From positions 207,418-271,417 of the forward strand of contig CAVPJX010000004.1 of NCBI GenBank assembly GCA_963705545.1: 64,000 nucleotides of DNA, given 5' to 3'. The notes beneath the pieces were generated by a model. It had not been told where the DNA came from. It made no database searches and saw nothing but the letters and a program-made list of their open reading frames with translations. The DNA is from an uncultured Actinomycetes bacterium (GTDB taxonomy: Bacteria > Actinomycetota > UBA4738 > HRBIN12). The translations under genes and the position numbers were made by a program. This document shows, piece after piece, positions 1-7,313 of the stretch (positions are counted from its first letter, which is position 1; every line of letters starts with the position of its first letter).

Positions 1-119
1 CCCTCCTTGACGAAGAGCGGGGCGATCAGGTGATGCGGAGCCAGATCGGTCTCCCGGACCAGCCCGCGGAGCGCGGGCGTCCGGCGCATCCGTCGCGGTC
101 GCTGCCTCGGGAAGGCCAT
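1..119 (-). CDS. hemB: porphobilinogen synthase (ALA dehydratase), N-terminal fragment; gene runs off the left edge
   Basis: ATG at 119 (minus) reads [40 protein letters not shown], the conserved HemB N-terminus. It lies downstream of hemA-hemC-hemD on the same strand. Confidence 0.6.
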   Translation of the reverse strand, partial: MAFPRQRPRRMRRTPALRGLVRETDLAPHHLIAPLFVKE

Positions 120-235
120 CGGTCGATGCTACCCGCTCGACGTCCGGAGGCGGTCGTCGGCGTCTCGGCGGTCGTCGCTGTCCGACCGCGTCGTCAAGAT
201 GGAGGCGCATCTCGGGCGGCAGGAAGGGGCGACCG

Positions 236-667
236 ATGTCGGTACCGGCGAAGATCAACATCGTCACGCTGGGCGTGGAGGACCTGGATCGCGCGTCGGC
301 GTTCTACGCGGCGCTCGGTTGGCGCCGGTCGAGCGCCTCGAACGACCAGATCGTCTGGTTCGCCACGGCGGGCTCGGTGCTCGGCCTCTTCCCGTTCGCG
401 CATCTCGCCGAGGACGCGACGATCGATGCGGCCCGGCGCGAGGGGTTCGGGGGCGTCACCCTCGCGATCAACGTCCCGACCGAGGACGAGGTCCAGCCCG
501 CGCTGGAGGCCGCCGCCGCGGCGGGCGGGTCGATCGTGAAGCCGGCTACGCGGGCCGACTGGGGCGGGCTCTCGGGCTATTTCGCCGATCCGGACGGGTA
601 CCCGTGGGAGGTGGCCTGGAACCCGTTCCTCCCGTTGGATGAGGACGGGCTCCTGGAGATGCCGTAG
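236..667 (+). CDS. VOC / glyoxalase-bleomycin resistance family protein
   Basis: 143-aa ORF. INIVTLGVEDLDRASAFYAALGW ... GYFADPDGYPWEVAWNP is a typical VOC-fold signature. Confidence 0.8.
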   Translation: MSVPAKINIVTLGVEDLDRASAFYAALGWRRSSASNDQIVWFATAGSVLGLFPFAHLAEDATIDAARREGFGGVTLAINVPTEDEVQPALEAAAAAGGSIVKPATRADWGGLSGYFADPDGYPWEVAWNPFLPLDEDGLLEMP

Positions 668-688
668 TCGGAGAAGGACCACGGCGGT

Positions 689-1504
689 TCAGCCGGCCCG
701 CTTCCGCGCCCTCCAGACCTCCTCGATCGGCCACGTCCGCGACCAAGCGAACGAGGCCAGCTCGTCGGTCGGTACGTCCGCGCCGTGCTCGGGCGCCCTC
801 ACCTCGATCAGGTCCTCGACCTCGAACCCCGAGCGTCGGAGCAACCGGATCATGTCGCCGTGCGGGATGAAGAAGTCGACGGCGTCGTCATCCTCCGGCC
901 ACTCGAACCGGTGCATCCCCCAGTGGGGTCGTTGGAGCTGCTCGGTCGTGGGTCCGACCTCGGGGACCGTCAGCATGAAGACGTACGAGTGGCCGAGGAA
1001 CACGAGTTCCCCGCGGGGGCGGAGGATCCGCGCCGCCTCGGGGATCCACCGATAGGGGTCGCACCAGATCGCCGCCCCGTACTCCGAGATCGCCAGATCG
1101 AACGACGCGTCGGCGAACGGGGTCCGTTCGGCGTCGGCATGGACCAGGGGGAACCTCAGGTCGAACTCGGCCTGGAGGACGCGGGCGGTGGCGAGCTGCC
1201 CTCCGGAGTTGTCGAGGCCCACCGGCCTCGCGCCGCGGCGAGCGAGCCATGCCGAGACGTAGCCCGTGCCGCACCCCAGCTCCACGACGTCGAGGCCGGC
1301 CACGTGGGGGAGCATCCCGACGTCGGACTCGGGGGCCTTCCAGATGCCCCACGAGGGATCCTCGCTCCACGAGACCCGTCCGCGCTCGACCCAGTTGGCC
1401 GCGTCCCGATCCCAGGACTCCCGGTTGCGGCGCACGTGATCGTCCTCATCGGGGACGTCGTCCGCCGCGCGAGGGGAAGCCGGCACGCCGTCGTCGGTGG
1501 TCAC
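689..1504 (-). CDS. class I SAM-dependent methyltransferase
   Basis: Last 271 codons of ORF 689..2077. SAM motif I is VVELGCGTGYVSAWLARRGARPVGLD. GTG at 1504 overlaps the hemD stop (GTGA). Confidence 0.8.
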   Translation of the reverse strand: MTTDDGVPASPRAADDVPDEDDHVRRNRESWDRDAANWVERGRVSWSEDPSWGIWKAPESDVGMLPHVAGLDVVELGCGTGYVSAWLARRGARPVGLDNSGGQLATARVLQAEFDLRFPLVHADAERTPFADASFDLAISEYGAAIWCDPYRWIPEAARILRPRGELVFLGHSYVFMLTVPEVGPTTEQLQRPHWGMHRFEWPEDDDAVDFFIPHGDMIRLLRRSGFEVEDLIEVRAPEHGADVPTDELASFAWSRTWPIEEVWRARKRAG

Positions 1505-2277
1505 GGGGTCGAACGATAGCGAGCCAGGGCGCGCTCGACGGCGTCGACGACGCCGTCGAGCGTGTGTGGCCGGGCGACCGCGTGCACGACCAGCCCGTGA
1601 CGGCGCGCTTCGCGCGCGGTCACGGGCCCGATGCAGACGACGCGCGGATCGCCCCGCACCGGGCCGAGGGCGCCGACGAACCCTCGCACCGTCGAGGCGC
1701 TCGTGAACGTGATCGCGTCCACCTCGCCCGACCGGAGCGCGGCGCGGGCCTCGGGCGGCAGCGAGCGCGCCATCGACGTGCGATAGGCGTCCACCCGGGT
1801 CGGTGCCCAGCCCTTCGCTGCGAGCGCGTCCTCGAGCCCCGCGGGGGCGATGTCGGCTCGAGCGCACAGGACGCGGCCCTCGCCGCGCGGGAACGCGCGG
1901 GCGAGGGCCGCGGTCGTGAAGGTGGCGGGGCGCAGCCGCGGGTTCCGGCGCGACCAGCGCCGGAACGCCGCCGCCGTCCCGTCGCCGATCGCCGCGACGC
2001 GCGCGCAGACGTCGTCCGGCGAGTCGAGGCGCTCTGCGAGCATCGCCACCGTCCGTGGGCTGGTGAGGACGATCCACTCGAACCGTCCGGCGGTCAGATC
2101 GCCGAGGGCCCGCGTCAGCGCGGCCGACCGGGCGGGGACGATCCGGATCGCCGGGGCGAGGACGACGCGCGCGCCGCGACGCTCCAGCCGCCGGGCCAGC
2201 TCCGGCGCCTCGTCCGGTGGGCGGGTGACGAGGACCACGCGTCCCTCGAGCGATCCGGGCCGAGCGCTGAGGGTCAC
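1501..2277 (-). CDS. hemD: uroporphyrinogen-III synthase
   Basis: Last 258 codons of ORF 1501..3030 (VVLVTRPPDEAPELARRLERRGARVVLAPAI...WIVLTSPRTV...ITFTSASTVRGF). GTG at 2277 overlaps the hemC stop (GTGA). Confidence 0.8.
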   Translation of the reverse strand: MTLSARPGSLEGRVVLVTRPPDEAPELARRLERRGARVVLAPAIRIVPARSAALTRALGDLTAGRFEWIVLTSPRTVAMLAERLDSPDDVCARVAAIGDGTAAAFRRWSRRNPRLRPATFTTAALARAFPRGEGRVLCARADIAPAGLEDALAAKGWAPTRVDAYRTSMARSLPPEARAALRSGEVDAITFTSASTVRGFVGALGPVRGDPRVVCIGPVTAREARRHGLVVHAVARPHTLDGVVDAVERALARYRSTP

Positions 2278-3203
2278 GCGTCGTCGCCGAGGCCGGGCTC
2301 GCTCGGCGTCACCTCGGCGAGGACCGCCTCCGCGCCCTGCGCGATGAGTCCCTTCGTCACCTGCTCGGCGGCCTCCTCGGCGAACCGCGCCTCGGCGCTC
2401 GAGCGCAGGATCGTCGCGCCGTCGAGCGTGGCGACCACGGCCGTCAGATGGACGCGCCCGTGATCGGCCACGGCGAACGCCCCGAGCGGGAGCGCGCAGC
2501 CCCCGCCCAGCCGCCACATCACGGAGCGTTCCGCGTCCAGGGCGTGATGGCTGTGTGGGTCGTCGATCGCGGCGAGGGCCTCCAAGGCGACCGCGTCGTC
2601 CTCGCGACACTGCACGGCGAGCGCACCCTGCCCGGGGGCGGGGATCATCACGTCGAGCTCGAGCGGGTGCGCGTTGGGGGGCCGCAGGCCCAGACGAGCC
2701 AGGCCCGCAGCCGCGAGGACGGCCGCGTCCGCCTCGCCGGCCTCGAGCTTGCGCAGGCGGGTATCGACGTTGCCGCGTAGCTCCACGAACGCGATCCCGG
2801 GGAACGCCGCCAGGAGCTGGGCGCGCCGCCGGACGCTGCTCGTCCCGACCGAGGCGCCCGCAGGGAGCACGCCCTCCTCGCGCAGCACGAGGACGTCCGA
2901 AGGATCGGCGCGCGGGGGGACGGCCCCGATCGTCAAGGCGTCCTCGTCCTCGGCGGGGAGGTCCTTCGCCGAGTGGACTGCCAGGTCGATCCGCTCGTCG
3001 ATCAGGGCGTCCACGATCGCGTCGGTCCACAGCCCCTTCAACCCGGCGGACGGCTCCGCGATCCTCGGGAGATCCTCGTCGCCGGCCGTGGCCATCGGGA
3101 CGAGCTCTCCGTCGACACCGCGATCGGCGAGTCGGCTCCGCACCTCTTCGGCCTGAGCGAGGGCGAGCGGCGACCGGCGGGTGCCGATCCGCAGACCCGT
3201 CAC
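2274..3203 (-). CDS. hemC: hydroxymethylbilane synthase (porphobilinogen deaminase)
   Basis: 309 aa. LRIGTRRSPLALAQAEEV, VHSAKDLP, GNVDTRLRKL and the GGGCALPLGA cofactor-Cys region. Start overlaps the hemA stop. Confidence 0.95.
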   Translation of the reverse strand: MTGLRIGTRRSPLALAQAEEVRSRLADRGVDGELVPMATAGDEDLPRIAEPSAGLKGLWTDAIVDALIDERIDLAVHSAKDLPAEDEDALTIGAVPPRADPSDVLVLREEGVLPAGASVGTSSVRRRAQLLAAFPGIAFVELRGNVDTRLRKLEAGEADAAVLAAAGLARLGLRPPNAHPLELDVMIPAPGQGALAVQCREDDAVALEALAAIDDPHSHHALDAERSVMWRLGGGCALPLGAFAVADHGRVHLTAVVATLDGATILRSSAEARFAEEAAEQVTKGLIAQGAEAVLAEVTPSEPGLGDDA

Positions 3204-4474
3204 GAGGCGTCGGGATCGATGCCGAGGAGCTCGGCGAGGAGCCGGGCGTGCGCTCGCTCGCTCCCCGGCTCGGCGCGCTCCTTCAGCTCGACGATCGGGT
3301 CGTGCAGGAGCTTCGCGGCGATCCCCCGGGCGAGCGCCACGACCGCGGACCGCTCCTCGGGCGTCAGGTCGACCAGGCGCGTCGCCTGCCGGTCCAGCTC
3401 GCCCTGCACGATCTGGTCGCCCCGTTCGCGGATCGCCCGGATCAACGGCGCCAGACCGTCGGCCTGCCGTCGGACGACGAACCGCCGGACCTCCTCCGCG
3501 ACGATCCGGTGCCCGTGCGCGATCTCGTCGGCCGTCGCCTCGCCGTGCACGGCGACCCGCTCGCGGAGCGCGCCGACGTCGATCACGTGGATGTCCGCGA
3601 GCTCGGCCACGGCGGGGTCGACGTCCCGCGGAACGGCGAGGTCGATCAGCACGAGCGGACGACCCGCGCGCACGACGGCGCCCTCCCGCAACGCGTCCAC
3701 GCCGACCACGATCGCCGGCGCGCCCGTCGCCGAGATCACCAGGTCGGCCTCGGCCAGGGCCTCGGGCAGCGCGTCCAGGTCCCCGTGGGCGGCATCGGTC
3801 CGCTCCGCGAGCGCGCGGGCCCGCTCCACCGACCGGTTCAGGATCCGCAGCGGCCCGGCGCCCCGGTGGCGGAGGTGCTTCACGGCGAGGGACGCCATCT
3901 GGCCGGCGCCGATCACGACCGCCGAACGTCCGGCGATCCCGCCGGTGATCTCGACGGCGAGGTCCGTCCCGATCGTGACGTAGGCGTCCGGCGCGGCTCC
4001 GAGCGCCGTCTCGCCACGGACCCGGCGTCCCGCGCGCCCCGCGGCGTGGAACAGGCCCGTCAGCACGGACCCGGCCGCGCCCTCGTCCTGGGCGCGCCGG
4101 ATGGCCTCGCGGACCTGGGTGCCGATCTGCGTCTCGCCGACCACCATCGAGTCGAGCCCCGATGCCACCGCGAACAGGTGGTCCGCGGCGTCGCGCTCCC
4201 AGTTCGCGTACATCGGCTCGGCGAGCTCGTCGGGATCGACCTCTCGCGCCTGCGCGAGGAACCGCTTCACGGCCTGGAAGCCCGAGTGGTAGGTGGGGAC
4301 GCTCGCGTACACCTCCACGCGGTTGCAGGTGGACAGGATCACGGCCTCGTCGATCGCGTCCTCGTCCAGCGCCCCGCGGTACGCCTTCGCCAGGTCGTCG
4401 TCGGTGAACGCGAGCCGCTCCAGCAGCTCGATCGGCGCACGCCGGTACGAGATCCCGAGGTTGAGGATGGCCAT
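3200..4474 (-). CDS. hemA: glutamyl-tRNA reductase
   Basis: 424 aa. N-terminus ILNLGISYRRAPIELLERLAF, active-site STCNRVEVY, NAD-binding VIGAGQMASLAVKHL. Confidence 0.95.
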   Translation of the reverse strand: MAILNLGISYRRAPIELLERLAFTDDDLAKAYRGALDEDAIDEAVILSTCNRVEVYASVPTYHSGFQAVKRFLAQAREVDPDELAEPMYANWERDAADHLFAVASGLDSMVVGETQIGTQVREAIRRAQDEGAAGSVLTGLFHAAGRAGRRVRGETALGAAPDAYVTIGTDLAVEITGGIAGRSAVVIGAGQMASLAVKHLRHRGAGPLRILNRSVERARALAERTDAAHGDLDALPEALAEADLVISATGAPAIVVGVDALREGAVVRAGRPLVLIDLAVPRDVDPAVAELADIHVIDVGALRERVAVHGEATADEIAHGHRIVAEEVRRFVVRRQADGLAPLIRAIRERGDQIVQGELDRQATRLVDLTPEERSAVVALARGIAAKLLHDPIVELKERAEPGSERAHARLLAELLGIDPDAS

Positions 4475-4493
4475 GACGAGGTCTGGCGGCAGT

Positions 4494-5639
4494 CTAGCGG
4501 CGTCCGTCGAACCGGAGTGGGTCGAACGCCGATGGGTCGAAGGGTGGCTCCGTCCCTCCGACCATCGCGACGACGAGCTCGGACGTGCCGCCCCCCAGGA
4601 TCACGCCCTCCGAGCCGTGCCCCGTCGCGACGATCAGGCCCTCGAGGACGCGGCCGATCAGGGGCCGGTCGTCGGGCGACAGCGGTCGTACGCCCCACCA
4701 CGAGGTCCGCACCTCGGCCGCCGCCAGGGCCGGGACGAGGTCGATCGCGTCGGCGACCTGGTGGCGCGGCACCGTGGGATCGGCCGGCTCGGGTCCGATG
4801 GCGGGCTCGCGCGACGAGCCGATCAGGATCGAGCCGTCCGGGTGCGGGTTCAGGAGGGCTCCGCCGAGCGCTGTCACCCCTTCGTCCGCGAACTCGCGGC
4901 CCGACGGCGCCGCGGCGGCCCCGGCTCGCCAGTCGCTCTCGCGCCACCCGACCCGTTCGACGAGGTGGCGCACGAGCGGGCCGGGCGGCTGCAGACGGAC
5001 GATCCAGCCGCGGGCGGGGCGGACCGGCAGCCGGATCCCGAGCGGATCGAGGAGCGCGGTCGACCAGGGGCCGGCGGCGAGCACGACCTCGTCGGCCGCG
5101 ATCCGTCCGTCGTCGGTGATCACGCCGCGGACGCGATCGCCGACCACGTCGAACGCCCGCACCGTGAGGTGATGGCGGATCGTCGCCCCCGCATCGGCCG
5201 CGAGCAGCGCGAGCCCGACGGTCAGCGCCGCCGGGTCGAGGCGCAGCCCACCGTCGTCGAGCCATCCACGTTGCGCCGCAGGGGAGAGCCCGGGTTCGAG
5301 GGCGAGCAGCTCGTCGCGCTCGAGCGCGCGGACCGCGGTGACGGTCGCCGGTTCCGGATCCCCGGCGAACCCGACCAGCAGGTGACCGACGGGTTCCGCG
5401 TCGATCCAGATCGGCAGCGGCGCCCGCTCGGCGGCGTCCCGGTAGCGGCGCAGCGAGGGCTCGAAGAGCGGGCGGTTCGCCGCGTCGTCCGGGGCGACGA
5501 GCCAGCCCTGGTTGCGCCCGGACGCCCCCGCGGCGAGCTCGTCGCGCTCGATCAGCGTGACGGAGGCGCCGGCGGCCGTGAGCGCGTGGGCGCAGGCCGC
5601 CCCGATGATGCCGCCCCCAACGACCACGACGTCCGGCAT
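4494..5639 (-). CDS. FAD-dependent oxidoreductase (DAO / glycine-oxidase-like)
   Basis: 381 aa. N-terminal dinucleotide fold VVVVGGGIIGAACAHALTAAGASVTLIER and the SGRNQGW motif. Confidence 0.8.
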   Translation of the reverse strand: MPDVVVVGGGIIGAACAHALTAAGASVTLIERDELAAGASGRNQGWLVAPDDAANRPLFEPSLRRYRDAAERAPLPIWIDAEPVGHLLVGFAGDPEPATVTAVRALERDELLALEPGLSPAAQRGWLDDGGLRLDPAALTVGLALLAADAGATIRHHLTVRAFDVVGDRVRGVITDDGRIAADEVVLAAGPWSTALLDPLGIRLPVRPARGWIVRLQPPGPLVRHLVERVGWRESDWRAGAAAAPSGREFADEGVTALGGALLNPHPDGSILIGSSREPAIGPEPADPTVPRHQVADAIDLVPALAAAEVRTSWWGVRPLSPDDRPLIGRVLEGLIVATGHGSEGVILGGGTSELVVAMVGGTEPPFDPSAFDPLRFDGRR

Positions 5640-5703
5640 GCGGCGAAGCCTACCGCCGGTCCTTCCGGCCTCGATCGATGGGGAGCATCCCGGCAGGGTC
5701 TTC

Positions 5704-5709
5704 TAGAAT
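5704..5709 (+). promoter_or_regulatory. candidate -10 hexamer TAGAAT for tRNA-Ser(GCU)
   Basis: TAGAAT lies 7 nt upstream of the tRNA 5-prime end. The same arrangement recurs at the other RNA genes in the window. Confidence 0.45.
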
Positions 5710-5716
5710 CGGCGAC

Positions 5717-5806
5717 GGAGACGTGCCTGAGTGGCCGAAAGGAGCCGCCTGCTAAGCGGTTAGGGGGTGTTGAGCTCCCTCCCGGGTTCGAATCCCGGCG
5801 TCTCCG
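5717..5806 (+). tRNA. tRNA-Ser (anticodon GCU)
   Basis: Acceptor GGAGACG/CGTCTCC, anticodon loop CUGCUAA, long variable arm, T-loop GGTTCGAATCC. Confidence 0.9.
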
Positions 5807-5836
5807 CCGGTCGACGCGGGTCCGGTCCGAGGCCCG

Positions 5837-6253
5837 TCAGCTGCACTCCTGATCCTGGACGTCCTGCACGAGCGTCTCGACCGAGGACACGAGCCCCGAG
5901 ATCGCGGTCGTGGCGTCGGATGCGAGGTCCGTGATCGGGGTGCCGCCCTTCAGCTGCTGGACGACGGCGTCGACGGCGGTCACGGAGGCATCCACGGCGC
6001 TCACGTCGTCGGAGTACGCGTCGGACGCCTCCTGCTTCACGTCGGCGAACGAGGACTTCACGGCATCCACCTGCTGGGTGAGCGCGTCCACGCCGTCGTC
6101 GAGGACGTTCACGTCCCGCAGCGCCTGGAGGTTCGATCGCAGGCCGTCCACGCTCTGGCACAGGGCGGACTCCGATGAGCAGGCGGCGAGCACGAGCAGG
6201 AACGGCAACGCGACGGCCGCGACCATCGTTCGACGGATCTGATCTCGTTTCAT
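5837..6253 (-). CDS. predicted lipoprotein, function unknown
   Basis: 138 aa. Signal peptide with lipobox (LLVLAAC-S). The mature part is acidic, helical and low in complexity (VDA-rich). Confidence 0.7.
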   Translation of the reverse strand: MKRDQIRRTMVAAVALPFLLVLAACSSESALCQSVDGLRSNLQALRDVNVLDDGVDALTQQVDAVKSSFADVKQEASDAYSDDVSAVDASVTAVDAVVQQLKGGTPITDLASDATTAISGLVSSVETLVQDVQDQECS

Positions 6254-6295
6254 GGATCCACCTCCGACGGATGGGTCAGGGCCTCAGGGACGGTC

Positions 6296-6877
6296 CTAAA
6301 GGTACCCGTGCTTGAGCAGGCGATCGGCGCTCTTCCCGTATTCCTTCGCGCTGACCGCCAGGAATCCGAGCGAGTCGGCGATCCGATCGATCGTGTTGAA
6401 CAGGAAGCCGACGTACAGCGCGTCGACCACGCCTTCCTCGCTCACGCCCGCGCGCAGGAGTCGTTGGACGTCGCTCGCGGCGAGCTCGTTCGGCCGCAAC
6501 GTCATCGTTTCGAGCAGCTCGAGGGCGGCGGCGACCCGCTCATCGACGGGTGCGGTGCGCCGATCCGCCAGCACGGCAGCCGTCGCCTCGTTCCCGAAGC
6601 TCTTCGACGCGACCGCGCCGTGAGCCCCCGTTCAGAACACACATCGGTTCCGCTCGGAGACGAACGCCGCGAACAGCTCTCGTTCGCCGACGGTCCACTC
6701 CGAGGGGCCCCGCATGACCTCCTGGATCAGCTGGTTGAACGGATCGCCGAAGAACGCCGGCCGGAACGAGAGCGTCTTCACGACGTCGAGCGTCGGCGCC
6801 CCGGAGACCAGCCGGATCATCGCGAACTTCGCCTTCGCGCCCAGGCCCCGGCCTCGCGCGACCGCCTCGAGCCGCAT
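6296..6877 (-). CDS. carboxymuconolactone decarboxylase (CMD)/AhpD-like protein with one in-frame TGA at 6632-6634; candidate selenoprotein (CxxU)
   Basis: ATG at 6877. 81 sense codons end in ...FVSERNRCVF, then TGA, then the same frame continues TGAHGAVASKSFGNE... into ORF 6296..6574. The joined 193-aa product is a full-length CMD-family protein. The TGA replaces the second Cys of the CxxC(xxxH) motif. Confidence 0.7.
6575..6619 (-). promoter_or_regulatory. candidate bacterial SECIS-like hairpin
   Basis: Imperfect ~45-nt stem-loop starts 13 nt 3-prime of the UGA: GGC-GC-G-GUCGC-G-UCG ... CGA-G-GCGAC-G-GC-U-GCC, with a C(UUCG)G apical element. Confidence 0.4.
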
Positions 6878-7236
6878 CAGGCGCCGTCCCGGGCCGCTCG
6901 CAGGGCTTGGAGCCCCGCGTCGAGACGCGCGCGGGCCGCGCCGTAGGCGGACGCGATGCTGACCTCGAAGATCGCGTCGTCGTCGGCGCCGCCCTCCGCG
7001 AGTTCGGCCACCATCCGGTCGGTGACGCGGTAGGCATGGCGATGGATGGTGTCGACGAACGCCGCGAACGTCTCGGGGACATCCTCGCTGACCGCCGCTG
7101 CCCGCCGGGTCTGCGCCGGGATGACGCCGGGACCGTCGAGGATCGCTGTCTCCGAGGGTGTCGAGTTTCGGTCGGTGACGATCCATGGGCTCGTCGAGCA
7201 TGGCGGGAGTATGTGGAACGGATCTCGGCTCGGCAA
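6877..7236 (-). CDS. CMD-like C-terminal-half protein or gene remnant
   Basis: Residues FAAFVDTIHRHAYRVTDRMVAELAEGGADDDAIFEVSIASAYGAARARLDAGLQAL resemble the C-terminal half of CMD-family proteins. There is no CxxC part. The only in-frame start is TTG at 7236, and codon bias in the first ~35 codons is weak. The stop overlaps the downstream ATG (ATGA). Confidence 0.4.
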   Translation of the reverse strand: MPSRDPFHILPPCSTSPWIVTDRNSTPSETAILDGPGVIPAQTRRAAAVSEDVPETFAAFVDTIHRHAYRVTDRMVAELAEGGADDDAIFEVSIASAYGAARARLDAGLQALRAARDGA

Positions 7237-7259
7237 CCGGTGGACCCGGCTGGCGAGGC

Positions 7260-7295
7260 GGCCTCACCTCGCGGTTGAGACCGCGAGGTGAGGCC
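7260..7295 (-). terminator. 15-bp perfect hairpin downstream of the giant surface-protein gene
   Basis: GGCCTCACCTCGCGG-TTGAGA-CCGCGAGGTGAGGCC begins 19 nt after the stop codon at 7314-7316. No U-tract follows. Confidence 0.6.
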
Positions 7296-7313
7296 CCTCA
7301 GCTCAGAGGGCTG

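Noticed and set aside
689-2077. 462-aa ORF taken as a single gene
   Set aside because: Only the last 271 codons look like a protein (a methyltransferase). The upstream part overlaps hemD out of frame and is Arg-rich. GTG 1504 gives a GTGA junction with hemD.
2555-5119. 854-aa plus-strand ORF, and the similar 3181..3948 and 4293..5852 ORFs
   Set aside because: Arg/Pro/Gly-rich low-complexity translations antisense to hemC, hemA and the FAD oxidoreductase. These are typical stop-free shadow frames of a very GC-rich genome.
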